63,857 nt of DNA, filler included, from Octopus bimaculoides (GCF_001194135.2; 5 parts of 5 records of this genome joined end to end with filler, not necessarily neighbours in it); one strand, 5' to 3'; positions 49,251 to 62,039 are shown, counted from the whole stretch's first letter. Notes: a model not told the origin generated them from the sequence alone. Translations and numbers: made by a program.

Positions 49251-49459
49251 CCACAAAAGGATTTAGTGCATTAGAAAACGCATGCACATCACATAATCCT
49301 CGTTACTTCTTCACTTTTCCTGTGAAAAAGAATGTAAAAGCTCTTGTTACTTAGAAAGAATTATCTTTTTCTTTCTGTAGTGATTGTTGTTATTTTTTTT
49401 ATAGGGTAGTGGTGTGTGTTAGTGGATTTGTTGGTTCCATCTGTCTGCCTCTCTCTCTC

Positions 49460-49500
<41 letters not shown>

Positions 49501-49744
49501 ATCTATCTATCTATCTATCTATATCTATTTCACACATACACATTCTGCAAGTCTCCTTTTAAATAAACATTTACCCAGCTCTGCGTTTATTGTCGGTGTA
49601 TTGGTTATTGTTGTTCTCACTGTAGTTGTTGTTTAACCCAGATCAGCTATGATTGAGCAGAACTGATCATCAAATGCATCCAGTTGTAACCATTTCATGC
49701 AGGGGAGTGCATGACATATCTATACTATCTAATGTGCTTTTCCT

Positions 49745-50369
49745 TATTGAAGTATCAGTTGTAGAGTGTGGAAAAGAAAAGACTGCACTGGTATGGTTGT
49801 GTGATTCATATGGATGAGATCACCTGCATAAAGAAGTGCCAGTCTCTAATTGTGGAGGGAACCTGTGCAAGGGGTAGAGTCAGGAAGATGTGGGACAAAG
49901 TAGTGAGAAAGGATCTCTAGACATTGGGCCTCACAGAGGAGATGACAAGGGACCAAGACTTCTGATGGTTTACTGTGCTTGAGAAGACACATCAAGCTAA
50001 GTAAAACTGTGGCCATCCATACATACAGGTATGTCCTCTATATCCCTCTCTCAGCTGAGAGGTCCTTCCTCTAGTGTCACGTAAAAAGCACTTGTACCGG
50101 TGTCACACAAAAAGGACTCATGCTAGTATCATGTAGCAGAGCACACTCCAGTGCCACATGAAGGCACCTGTGCTGGTGTCATGTAAAAGTATCTGTGCCA
50201 GTGCCACATTAAAAGCATCCAGTGCATTCTATAATGTAGTTGGCATTAGGAAGAGCCTCCAGCTGTAGAAACTGTGCCAAAGCAGACTGGAACTTGGTGC
50301 AGCTTTCCACCTGGTCAGCTCCTGTCAAACTGTCCAACCCATGTCAGCGTGGAAAGTGGAGTTTCATGT

Positions 50370-50372
<3 letters not shown>
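49745..50372 (+). mobile_element. RTE LINE 3' end (ORF end plus tandem-repeat 3' UTR), CpG-decayed
   Basis: RLHWYG...MDE..CIKKCQSLIVEGTCARGRVRKMWDKVVRKDL.TLGLTEEMTRDQD..EKTHQAK*; UTR with GTGCCACATGAAAGCACC-like units ending AACTGTCCAACCCATG.CAGC.TGGAAAG. Confidence 0.82.
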
Positions 50373-50404
<32 letters not shown>

Positions 50405-50562
50405 TTCATACACACACACATACATATGTAAAATAGGTTTCTTACAGTTTCCTTCGACCAGTTCCTTCCCGAGGCATTGTCTCAGCTCATGGCTATAATT
50501 GAAGATGCCAGCCACCAGTTCTACAGAAAAGGAATGAGCTCTAAAGCATGTGTATCTTATTA

Positions 50563-50618
<56 letters not shown>

Positions 50619-50689
50619 CTATTATAAGATGCATCTATTAAGAGATATTAGTAGATTCAGTCCCACATTTATGTCAGCCAAGAGGAAAA

Positions 50690-51020
50690 GATGATCATCA
50701 GGAGGTATCCAACTTTTTTCAGACATCTCAATGTTAAACGACGACGACCTCCAGTTTGTGGATCAGCTATGATGGTCAGTCACTAGCCATCTTCCTCTGG
50801 CCTTGTGTGTCAATTTCTCTCGCATTTTCCAGAACCAGCAAGGAGCTCTTTCTGCTTCCTCTCTCAATATCTTCTCTTTTGCTGCCATACCCAGAGATGT
50901 CAGCATCTTCCACACAGACAATTTTTGGGGAAAAGCCCCAGTCTCAACTGGAAATAGCCTGACCTCCCATCTTTTATCCCAATATTATTGGACCAGGTTC
51001 TGGTACTTGCTAGCTATTCT
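50690..51020 (-). mobile_element. Hero-like (RLE) non-LTR retrotransposon 3' fragment
   Basis: WEVRLFPVETGAF...SVWKMLTSLGM...LREEAERAPCWFWKMR followed by a short UTR ending CCTCCTGATGATC; matches the PVEVGCRGF...AERAS.W.W..R RLE terminus. Confidence 0.72.
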
Positions 51021-51039
51021 CTTCAAAGTTCCCTGAAAA

Positions 51040-51145
51040 GGGTCGGCTCAAGGCTATAGTAGAAGATGCCCAAGATTCCATACAGTGGGACTGAACCCTG
51101 AACAATGTAGTTAGGAAGCAAGCTTCTTGCCATACAGCCGTGCCT
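51040..51145 (-). mobile_element. SINE family B head fragment
   Basis: AAGGCTATAGTAGAAGATGCCCAAG...CAGTGGGACTGAACCC...GGAAGCAAGCTTCTTGCCATACAGCC. Confidence 0.75.
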
Positions 51146-51439
51146 TGTTTACAAATGTATAACCCATGTCTCAGATCTGTTCAAATAAAGTACATCATGC
51201 TACTGCCCAGAGTACTTTGTACTTCATTAGGGTAGTTAGGTGTCTGTTATGTCACAGTCATTCCCTCAACCTTCTGAATGTGAAACTGGTTTTTCTCATC
51301 TTGTTATTTCTTTCATCTCTGTTGCTTATCCTCATCAGTGATTCTGTCAAATAAAGTGGCTGGCCTTTATCAACTCCTCCTCTTTAATAATACTGGGATC
51401 AGTTTGTGTCACTTTGGTTCAAGTTGGACATGGCTCATG

Positions 51440-51860
51440 AATTTCAGTCTATGGGATGTTAATTTTCAAACTGAATTTTGTGGCTGAATCCACCATACTC
51501 TGCATTTTCCAATTGAAGCTGGATGTAGAGGGTTTGTTGGACACAGTGTGAGACGACTGCTGTTATTGTTAGGCCTAACTCATCGTAAAGTAAATACCAC
51601 CACGACCAATATCCAAACTACAGTGGAGAAGGCTAGCCACTGGATTTGATTAAAAAGAGATGATGAGCGATGGCTAGAAAAATATTGAGCTTTATTTAAT
51701 AACCAGTTGATCTAGCAAGTGGGGCCTCATATCAGTGAGTGGGGGGGCATTGTGCATTGATGCCGTTGAGAGGTAGGCCCCGAAACGGCACGCATTCTCT
51801 CCTGATGACTCCATATACTTGATGGCTTCCAGTATGCAGAGTTCTTGATTTGTAGCAAAT
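51440..51860 (+). mobile_element. Second Hero-like (RLE) retrotransposon 3' fragment
   Basis: FPIEAGCRGFVGHSVRRLLLLLGL...IQTTVEKASHWI*LKRDDERW, then UTR with GGCCCCGAAACG...CTCCTGATGA. Confidence 0.82.
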
Positions 51861-52757
51861 TGTTTGCAAAACATCTTATCNNNNNNNNNNNNNNNNNNNN
51901 NNNNNNNNNNNNNNNNNNNNNNNNNNNNNNNNNNNNNNNNNNNNNNNNNNNNNNNNNNNNNNNNNNNNNNNNNNNNNNNNNNNNNNNNNNNNNNNNNNNN
52001 NNNNNNNNNNNNNNNNNNNNNNNNNNNNNNNNNNNNNNNNNNNNNNNNNNNNNNNNNNNNNNNNNNNNNNNNNNNNNNNNNNNNNNNNNNNNNNNNNNNN
52101 NNNNNNNNNNNNNNNNNNNNNNNNNNNNNNNNNNNNNNNNNNNNNNNNNNNNNNNNNNNNNNNNNNNNNNNNNNNNNNNNNNNNNNNNNNNNNNNNNNNN
52201 NNNNNNNNNNNNNNNNNNNNNNNNNNNNNNNNNNNNNNNNNNNNNNNNNNNNNNNNNNNNNNNNNNNNNNNNNNNNNNNNNNNNNNNNNNNNNNNNNNNN
52301 NNNNNNNNNNNNNNNNNNNNNNNNNNNNNNNNNNNNNNNNNNNNNNNNNNNNNNNNNNNNNNNNNNNNNNNNNNNNNNNNNNNNNNNNNNNNNNNNNNNN
52401 NNNNNNNNNNNNNNNNNNNNNNNNNNNNNNNNNNNNNNNNNNNNNNNNNNNNNNNNNNNNNNNNNNNNNNNNNNNNNNNNNNNNNNNNNNNNNNNNNNNN
52501 NNNNNNNNNNNNNNNNNNNNNNNNNNNNNNNNNNNNNNNNNNNNNNNNNNNNNNNNNNNNNNNNNNNNNNNNNNNNNNNNNNNNNNNNNNNNNNNNNNNN
52601 NNNNNNNNNNNNNNNNNNNNNNNNNNNNNNNNNNNNNNNNNNNNNNNNNNNNNNNNNNNNNNNNNNNNNNNNNNNNNNNNNNNNNNNNNNNNNNNNNNNN
52701 NNNNNNNNNNNNNNNNNNNNNNNNNNNNNNNNNNNTATATATATATATATATGTATA

Positions 52758-52793
<36 letters not shown>

Positions 52794-52858
52794 TCACTTT
52801 AGTGATGATTGTACTTGTGCCTTTTGGTTTTAAATTGCAACTAGCCACTTTAATAATT

Positions 52859-52890
<32 letters not shown>

Positions 52891-53390
52891 GTAATTAAAG
52901 GTGCAGAAACGATGTACTCTGAAAGAATTTAAAGGTAATGCAATCCAAAAGTAGAGTAAGAAATCCATGAATCAGATACTCCAAATCAGTCGGAAGGATG
53001 TGGACAGTCCATGTGAGTGTGTAGTAAATTGCCAATTCAAATCAACAATTAATTCAAATAAGTGAGTAAAATTAATGGACAAGAGGATGTGCACAAGAAA
53101 TGCATTAGCTTGACGCTCAGTAAAATGAGAGTTTGACATTTCAAGCATAGCTCTTTGTCTGAAAGGAGAAAGAGAAAAGTCCAAAGGAGGAAAAGAAATC
53201 ACCAACAACACATGCATATTTATATACTCAGAGTAAGCCAAAAGTTATGCAATAATAAATTCAGTAATCTCCAGAATTATCAAACATGCTTCAATTTTTC
53301 TAAAATTGAATAAACAAATAAAATAATGATGAATGCACATATATTTATACATGATCAACAAAATGAATAATAATAATAATGATACTAATA

Positions 53391-53427
<37 letters not shown>

Positions 53428-53439
53428 TAATAATAATAA

Positions 53440-53935
53440 TGCCTTGATGCAATACCAGGCAGTGGCTCTCATGTTTTCTGATCTTAACTGATTGGAAGTG
53501 TTATCATGTACATTGTTTTGTCTTGGTATAAAAGATGGGCAACAGCAAATATTCTGCTCAGTACCACAGATTTGCTTGTCAGTTGTTTGACCTTAACCAG
53601 TTGAGCATGTCCCTTGGTGGCTGACGATATGTGCATCTCTGATCGTGAGCAGAAGTAGTGGGGAGCATCATAGCCATGTGTTGAAAGGAATTCTTTGGGG
53701 TTTGAACATGAGTGTTTCGTGCATCATACTTAAACAACCCTTAATCAGGGATCTTTTGAGCGGGATGGGCTACTCAACCTGAAGGAAATTCTAACTGGGC
53801 CCCAACTGCGAGGTCATGCACTGTTTATCTTGATATGAGATCACCATATCATATACATGTGGTTGTAATGCAGGTGCCTAGTAGACCCTTACTAGATTGG
53901 TGGTCATGATGGGTATAATGGGCTTTGTATATTTC
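53440..53935 (+). mobile_element. Unclassified interspersed repeat family E, longer copy
   Basis: Matches 3541-3755 in reverse; starts right after an (ATA)n tract. Confidence 0.7.
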
Positions 53936-54069
53936 ACTCCAGTGTCATTTTGATGGCATGCACTGTTCTCTCACTCAATAATAAATAAAATGCTAAAATG
54001 TTTTGGTGCATGACTTTTGGCCCACCCAGTATATACTCTTTTACTCTTGTTTTAGCCATGTGGCTGTGG

Positions 54070-54110
<41 letters not shown>

Positions 54111-54130
54111 CACACACATATATATATACA

Positions 54131-54233
<103 letters not shown>

Positions 54234-54669
54234 GCACACACACACACATGTATGTATAAGACAGTGTCGTGTCATTTTCAGTGTATAAGCATCCAGTTTT
54301 CTATCAGCTAAACGAGCTACCATTTGGCTATGTGAAAGAAAAATCTGCTTGATACAGTGTGTAACAAGATTAGATGCTTGAAGTACTGAAACACTTCTAC
54401 ACTGCTTCTGTCTTCTTGAATTCACTGACATGGCTTGGGTCACTCTGGGGCCAGGGTAATTGCACTCACTGAAGTGTGCTACACATCAGGATCAAACCTG
54501 AGACCTCAGTGTTGCAAAAACAAACTTCTTAATCGCACAGCCATGCCTCCATCAATACACTCACATATGTATGATTATGTACACCATTTGAAAAATGTGT
54601 GTGTGAATGTGTAAATGTTTGTGTGTGCATGTGTGTATGTGTGTGTGTGTGTGTGTGTGTGCGTGTGCG

Positions 54670-54796
54670 TGCAGGTGTGATAAGAAGCTTGCATCCTAAC
54701 CACATGGTTCTGAGTTCAGTCCCATTGTGTGGAACCTAGGGCAAGTGTCTCCTACTATAGCTATGGGCCGACCAAAACTGAAAGAAGCCCATCATA

Positions 54797-54838
<42 letters not shown>

Positions 54839-55060
54839 CACATGTGTGTATGTGTCTTTGTGCCTGTTCCCCACTCCCACTGCTTGACAACCAGTGTTGG
54901 TATGTTTACATCCCCATAATTTATTGGTTCAGCAAAAGAGACGCAAAGAATAAGTATGAAACTTACAAAAATAGTACTGGGGTCAATTTATTCAACTGAA
55001 ATTCTTCAAGGCAGTACCCCAGCATGGCCACCTTCTAATGGCTGAAATAAATAAAAGATA
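54670..55060 (+). mobile_element. SINE family B, CpG-decayed
   Basis: Same layout as 32215-32590 with many CG>TG/CA changes. Confidence 0.85.
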
Positions 55061-55699
55061 AAAGATATATATATCACCATATGGAATTTCACACACACAC
55101 TCACATAACTGTGTATGTGTTTGTAGAATCTTAAATGTCAGAAGATGTGATTGAGTTCAAATTCCCATCTGTTTCACGTCACTTCCAATTCCGTTTAAAT
55201 TTCTCTTTTACAACTGGGAGTGCCACAAGATAATCTACATGTCTCAAAGTTACTGCCGCCATCGCCATCGCCACCACCACCATCACTATCATCATCATCA
55301 TCATAAAGGAAATAACTTTGTTGTAAACTATCAGCCTACTTGATCCTACTTTGAAAATAAATATCTTTTCTCAAATCATTTGTGTTTAATTTAAATGATT
55401 TGAAAACTGTGTTGATTTAAGAGGCATAATTGTCACACAATCTCATTTCTTTATTTTACCTCCTATGGATAAAAGACTACAGAGGTCATTATTTATAAAA
55501 TCATTAAAAAGTGTCACCAGCTGTTATTTTGGGAGCAAGCATGGCTACACAGGCCTTTGAAACAATTCGGGAAAGCATGCAGCATGCTTTCATTATTTCA
55601 GATGCCTATGTTGTCAAAAGTAAATATAGATGGCCTCACACAAATCCCACCCTTGGCCCAGCGGAACATCCAAGATGTGCCAGTTGGGGAGAAAGTGAG

Positions 55700-55870
55700 A
55701 AAGGGCTGTATTGGCACCTGGAGGGTACTTATTACAGCTAAGCAGACTGGAGCAACAAAAAATGAAGTGTCTTGCTCAAGAACACAATACACTACCCAGC
55801 CCAAGAATTGAACCTTATGACATTATAACTATGAATCAAACACCTAAACCACCCGGCCATGTGGCTTCAC
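55700..55870 (-). mobile_element. SINE family C head
   Basis: GCAGACTGGAGCAAC...TGAAGTGTCTTGCTCAAGAACACAAT...GAATTGAACC. Confidence 0.7.
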
Positions 55871-55899
55871 AATAACGTTAGTAGAGAATAATATAAAAA

Positions 55900-56640
55900 C
55901 TGAAAAAGATGTACTTCATCTCTGTCCTCTTACATAATTTTGATGTTATCTAGGAGATGCATTCAAGTCACTTTCAGTTCTTCTGCTTGAAGATAGTGTT
56001 AATAATGATGAGGTCCTGCCTGGCGCACAAAGAAAGAAGTCCCTAATTTGAACTGCATCTCTTTACACCAAGTTTACCAATAATCCCAAGCTACTTGTTC
56101 GCTTCTTGTTGAATGTTGGCATTCTAATCATCCATTAGTATCAGTTTGTTCCTCTGGTCACACTGTAAATGGTATTTTGTAGAGTACAGAGAACCAGGGA
56201 ACATTTTTGCACCATCAGCTTTGGTCATTGTAGGAGGATAAACACAGACCAAGCTAATATACCAACCCTTTCCTATGTGAACTCTTAAACTTATTATCCA
56301 CACTTACTAACAGCAGTTGACTCTTGGTCTAATTTAGTCATGATAGAATCTTTTGTGGTGCAACTACTTCTGGACATGCATCTCTTTTCTGTTGGTTTCC
56401 CATTCCAAAAGAATGCATGTCTCATGTCAATGGTGCTGTCATATTCTACCAGTCTGGTTTTGCAGAGAGCAGCAATATCAATGTTTGTATCTTTCCAATT
56501 TTCATGCCCCAAGTATGGTGTGGCACTAATTAATGAGTCTTTCTTCTCTCTCACACTATTATAACAATATTCCATTGAGTCAGATAAAAGCTCAATTCTT
56601 TGCATTGTAGTGAATTTTTTTCCCTCTGCACTGAGAAGGA
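55900..56640 (-). mobile_element. RTE-BovB-like LINE 5' coding fragment (AP endonuclease)
   Basis: NIDIAALCKTRL...FFWNGKP... and LCA/QDLIIINTIFKQKN*/KVT*MH = IDIAALSETR, FFW.GK and NT.F..K..TWMHPRS APE motifs. Confidence 0.82.
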
Positions 56641-57354
56641 GACAGCCAGTGTAACCCTTGGTAAACCTAGGCAGAGATTGATATTATATACTCTTAACTT
56701 ACAAACATTATTTTTAGATTTGTTTGTAAAAGATTTATGCTAATAGCCTTTTGCAGTTACTAGTGGTAGCACTTTTTCTGTGAGCTGTAGTGGACAAAGG
56801 AAGAACACGACAGATGTATTCTACAGCCATTACAGTAGATGACCAGTTGATGTCCACTTTCTACTCATTCAAGATAATGTCATGGCATACTAAGTTGGGT
56901 TTTTTTAATTTTTATCTTGCATGGTGGTCAAAACTTTCAGTCAAATAATCTTATCTGAGCTAACTCCCATGCTTGTTTTTTTAGATTTTAAACACTCTTT
57001 TAAGGAGCTTTTGTAAACTACTTACTTAGATTCAGTTTATCAACTCACTACTTCACATAAATAAACCACTGCTAGAATTACTTTGTGAGGTATTTTCCCT
57101 CAGCTATTTTGTTGACCTTCACAATCAGTGCTGTCAACTGTGTGATACAGTCTTTGCTTTCTTGAGGGTACATGATGTCTGGAAAGGTTATAAGTAAAGG
57201 TGAGATCTGGCATTGACATCATTATCAACACCATTACATTACTTATGTATGTATGTATGTATGTATGTATGTATGTATGTATGTATGTATGTATGTATAT
57301 GTGTGTGTGTGTATAGATAGATAGCTAGATAGATGCACACACACACACATATAG

Positions 57355-57514
57355 GTACAGGCATGGCTGTATGGTAAGAAGTTTGCTTCCCAACCACATG
57401 GTTCCAGGTTCAGTCGTATTGCATGTCACCTTGGGCCAGTGTCTTCTACCATAGCCTCAGGTCAACCAAAGCTTTGTGAGTGGATTTGGTAGATAGAAAC
57501 TGAAAGAAACCCAT

Positions 57515-57552
<38 letters not shown>

Positions 57553-57715
57553 TGTGTCAGTCCCCCATTACCACTTGACAACTGGTGTTGATGTGTTTAA
57601 ATCCATGTAACATGGAGTTTCAGCAAAGGAGACCAATAGAATAAGTACCAGGTTTTTAAAAATAAACATAAATAAGTACTGGAGTCAATTCATTCAACTA
57701 AAAATTCTTCAAGTC
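57355..57715 (+). mobile_element. SINE family B, CpG-decayed
   Basis: CCAGGTTC, GCATGTCACC, CCTCAGGTCAACC, AGATAGAAAC, CCCATCATG where CpG-rich copies have CCGGG, GCGTGG, CTCGGGCCGACC, AGACGGAAAC, CCCGTCG. Confidence 0.88.
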
Positions 57716-57934
57716 AGTGTATTTGTGAATCTACTTTTCTGAGGTGTAACACATTTGAACCTGTTGAATTTGTCCTGATTTATATAATTTACTTTCTAAA
57801 TTATTCAACACAATCACTAGATTATTTGACATCAGCTGGAATAGTTCTGTTTAATTTTTGGATTCTAAAGTTCATTCTGCTGTCCTCTTCATTTCATGTT
57901 TTTACTTTCATAAATTCTGATGATCAAATTAATA

Positions 57935-58350
57935 CATCCTCATTTAACGTTTATTTTCCATGCTAGCATGGGTTAGCTGGTTTGAATGGGACTGGTAAGC
58001 CAAGGAGCTACACCAGGATCCAGTCTGTCTTCGCTTGGTCTCTATGGCTGGATGCTCTTCCTAATGCCAACCATTCCAAAGAGTGTACTGGGTGTCTTTT
58101 ACATGTCACTTGCATGGGTGCCTTCTATGTGCAACTGGCATGGGTGCCTTTTGCATGTCACTAGTATGGGTGCTTCTCACGCATCACCAGCATAGGGGCT
58201 TTCACATGTCACCGACACTGGCCATGATTTCACTTAGTTTGTCAATCTTCTCAAATGCAGCAAATCACTAAAGTCTGGGTCACTTGTCATCACATCCATG
58301 AGACTCGACATCTGAAGATCATATTTCACTGCCTCTTCCCAGGTCTTGCT
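57935..58350 (-). mobile_element. RTE LINE 3' end with ~24-bp tandem repeats in the UTR
   Basis: KTWEEAVKYDLQM..L...MTSDPD..EK ORF end; GGGTGC.TTT.ACATGTCAC..GCAT units x5; tail TTTTCCATGCTAGCATGGGTT. Confidence 0.8.
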
Positions 58351-58879
58351 GAGTATATATAATACACTATGTCATCAATATGTAATTAATACACTATCAT
58401 CATCATCATCATCTTTGTTTAATGTCCACCTTCCATGCTGGCATGGGTTATGTATTTGTATACACACTTATTCCACTATTAATTAATCTACTTCATATAT
58501 CCTATTACTACCTTTTATATTCAACTTACTGAGAGGTGCCATGTTTTCAACTTTTATGTCTATTTACTTATTATACTCTATGCATGTATTTCTTGACTGA
58601 AGCAGAACAAAGAGAAGGAGAAATAATTTGAAGTTACCAATTGAAAATTCAGGTGTGTTGGTGCCTCCTCAGGCCTCTACAAGAAACACTGTTCTTTAGA
58701 AATTTGGCACTGAATGCAAATAACAATGCCTGTTATGTCCAAAGCTTTTGCAAAGAATGTGTCAAATATCTGGTAAATGCACAGCTTTTGCCTAAAGTAT
58801 ACCTGCTGTCCCTTTAAACCCTTTAGAAACTTGCATTTATTTTACAAGTTTTAAATACATATACATGTACAAAAAAACT

Positions 58880-59190
58880 TTAGGGGTTAGGGTATCTGGC
58901 TCACAGTTGTAAGTTCATGAGCTCAATTCCTGGTGGCACATTGGGTCCTTGAGCAAGGAACTATTTCACATTGCTCCAGTCCACTCAGCTGGCAAAAATG
59001 AGTTGTATCTGTAACCCAAAGGGTCAGCCTTTGTTACATTCTGTGTCACACTGAATCCCCATGTGAACTGTGTTAAGGGTACATGTGCTTATGGCATGCT
59101 CTGCCACTTGCATGTTAATTTCACAAGCAGACAGTTCCATTGATTGGATCAGCTGGAACCTTTGTCATCATAACTGATGGCGTACCAGTT
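58880..59190 (+). mobile_element. SINE family C, near full length, CpG-decayed
   Basis: tRNA-like head, GTCCTTGAGCAAGGAACTATTTCACATTGCTCCAGTCCACTCAGCTGGCAAAAATGAGT core, then AAGGGTCAGCCTT...CAGCTGGAACC tail shared with family D. Confidence 0.82.
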
Positions 59191-59235
59191 ATGTTATACG
59201 TACAAAATTTGTGAAATAAGACAGCGCATTTATTC

Positions 59236-59468
59236 ATCATCATCATCATCATCGTTTAACGTCCGCTTTCCATGCTAGCATGGGTTGGACGATTTGACTG
59301 AGGACTGGTGAAACCGGATGGCAACACCAGGCTCCAGTCTGATTTGGCAGAGTTTCTACAGCTGGATGCCCTTCCTAACGCCAACCACTCAGAGAGTGTA
59401 GTGGGTGCTTTTACGTGTCACCCGCACGAAAACGGCCACGCTCGAAATGGTGTCTTTTATGTGCCACC
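59236..59468 (-). mobile_element. Young RTE LINE 3' terminus with (CAT)n tail, truncated by the linker
   Basis: (TCA)n-CGTTTAACGTCCGCTTTCCATGCTAGCATGGGTTGGACG; CpGs intact; same family as 57935-58350 and 50060-50372. Confidence 0.85.
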
Positions 59469-59568
59469 NNNNNNNNNNNNNNNNNNNNNNNNNNNNNNNN
59501 NNNNNNNNNNNNTTAATTAATTAANNNNNNNNNNNNNNNNNNNNNNNNNNNNNNNNNNNNNNNNNNNN
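59469..59568. other. Artificial scaffold-join linker N44-TTAATTAATTAA-N44
   Basis: Same 100-bp structure. Confidence 0.95.
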
Positions 59569-59598
59569 TGTGTGTGTGTGTGTGTGTGTTTGTGTGTA

Positions 59599-59633
<35 letters not shown>

Positions 59634-60834
59634 GTATGTGTGTGTTTGTGTTTGTGTGTGGTGGGGTGTAATGAGAGATGTGTTTGATTGCCATCTGGAT
59701 TTGATTAATTTTGATTCTGTTTATAGCCGTTAGTTTACGTATATTTGTATTTCAGTGAATGTAAACAAGCTGCTGTTTGGAATGCGGAGACTGAAGCGTG
59801 GACATTGATTGATGATAGGGAAATATAATATCGATAGATCTTGGTGTCTGAAAAATAAAGTGTCCATGTGTAGTTTGGACGTGTGAGTGTAGGTGTTTTT
59901 GAATACTTGATCAAGATGAGGGGAGATGCAGACTTTATAGTTGCTGCAGTTTATTGGTTTTAGATCCAAATCAATTGTGATCCAACTGACCTAGAATGGC
60001 ATAAACCAATGTGTTCTTTCGTTACATAGGATAGATAGTACAATGTGATTTAAACGAGACTTGGTTTCTATTTCTAGTAGATTATGCTACTACGCAGAGG
60101 CTCCCTCGTTAGCTTGCGATGGTTGAAAAGGTTGTTCAGTGATGGCGGTTAAAGAATGGAGTGGAGTTGCATGAGTTAAAAGTGGAGATGTGGTTAGAAT
60201 GAATGCCGCAGGATAGGAAATAATGATTCTGAGTGTATTGGAATAGATAGAAGCATTTGGAGAGGTAACGAGATAAATGTAGGAGTCAATAACATGATAA
60301 GAATTGGGTGTCTGGACAAAGCTGATGAAAAATGTGGTATGAGTTGACCTCAGGAGATACAGAAGAGATACAAGTATGTGAATGTGATGAATTTAACAGA
60401 GGAAGTAATGAACAGGAGGAATGATCAAGTGAGTGTAGGTTGATTATATGATTCTCACTAGATGAAGCAGCAAGTCAACTCAAGTAAATTATAGTTTTGA
60501 ATAGGTGACTGTAAATCAATGGATAGCTGAATGTAAATGGTTTAGGGTCTGAAATAGGTTAGTGGTCATTTTTATTATTGTTATTGTTGCAACTGTTTTT
60601 CAGTTGTTCTTGCAATACCTTCGATCCGACTCGTTGAGCAAGCCCTCTCTTCCAGTGTCAGCTGATCTAACGAAGCCCACAGTAAAACTTTCCATTTTGG
60701 ATTATCTTGCATTTAGAGCATGCCGTTCAGAGTCCATACTAAGTAAACAATAAAAATCTATCCACAACACAGTGTAAATCAAAAGAACTTAAATAAGTTT
60801 AAATATTACAAAGGCTCGAAAGGATCAAATATGA

Positions 60835-60980
60835 ATTAGACTGATACTTAATTTATCGACCCCGAAATGATGAACGGCAAAGTCGACCACGGCGGAATTT
60901 GAACTCAAAACGTAAAGACAGACGAATTACCGTTAAGCATTTCGCCCGGCGTGCTAACGTTTCTGCCAGCTCACCGCCTT
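60835..60980 (-). mobile_element. SINE family A
   Basis: TTATCGACCCCGAAATGATGAACGGCAAAGTCGACCACGGCGGAATTTGAACTC...CTGCCAGCTCACCGCCTT. Confidence 0.88.
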
Positions 60981-61913
60981 ATAATAATTCCTATAATAAT
61001 ATTGTCATGACAGCTAAAGTTACACCGGTGGGCAGAAGTGACAAAAAAGTCAATCTAAATTTTATAATGGCGATTGGGAGCTGAAGAGTTTATACTAGTG
61101 GATAAAAGATGCAGAGGGTGACCTGTGTGCTTTAAGCAAAGTTAGTTTCAAAACGAAAAGTAAAAGCAACATTTTTAATCAAAATTTGTTAAAATATAAC
61201 TTTTAATGTGTTGCTATCATTTTACATTGAGTCAAATGATATAAGATTTTTGATTCTTACTTTGGAAAAGAAGGGTTTGAAAACTTGGTCAACACTGAGT
61301 TTGATGCCGGCAAAACTACTGACCCGATGCCCCATGTAACATAACCTGACAAGGCAAACTAACTCTGATGAAGTGCTTGTTTTTATGGACAGCAGGTTTT
61401 CTAAGGTGTTTAACTTACGCTTTTTGCTTCCTCTTTGAAAAAAGACTAAGTGCCCTAGCACCATTTTACCCCTATCTTAAAACCGGTAAGATTGAATGCA
61501 TTTTTGATGGAAACACCTGATCTCTCTTTTTTACCGTTAGTGCGTGGGATAATAACTTATCTTTTATCAGTATGTATACACGCACATACGTATGTGCGTA
61601 TGTATTTGTGTATATATGCATAAACACAAATAAATGTCCGTGTTTGTGCGTGTATGTGTATGTGAATGTGGTTGCTGTATGTGCAAGTGTGTGAATTACG
61701 TTATAAATCCATAGAGCTGTATTAATCCCACACCTCAGTTCTTTACAGCTCCAGATTCATAACCTAATTCACATACATGCACACATATATTAACCGATTA
61801 GAAACAATAATAACGAGTGAAATTACGTTAGCGAAATTGGGTCACGGTTTCATTTCAGATTTCTTGGAACTTAACTATATGCATGTCTCTTGTAACTGAT
61901 ATACTCCCTCTCC

Positions 61914-61953
<40 letters not shown>

Positions 61954-62039
61954 ATCCATCCATCTATCTATCTATATAACTTTCCTCTCTCTCCTCCTCT
62001 CTTTTTTTGTTACAAGACACAAGGGAAGGAGGAGCATCG

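Noticed and set aside
50723-50774. Exon-like segment TTTTTTCAG|...|GTCAGT encoding HLNVKRRRPPVCGSAMM
   Set aside because: It is the antisense of the Hero-like element's 3' UTR (50690-51020).
55954-56051. Apparent terminal exon GDAFKSLSVLLLEDSVNNDEVLPGAQRKKSLI*
   Set aside because: The opposite strand encodes RTE endonuclease motifs (DLIIINTIFKQKN, KVT*MH); it is LINE antisense.
59700-60560. Possible further LINE remnants (also 6230-6890) and Penelope-like termini (15700-15935, 52960-53240)
   Set aside because: Strand-biased composition and faint motifs only; too degraded to classify without a repeat-library search.
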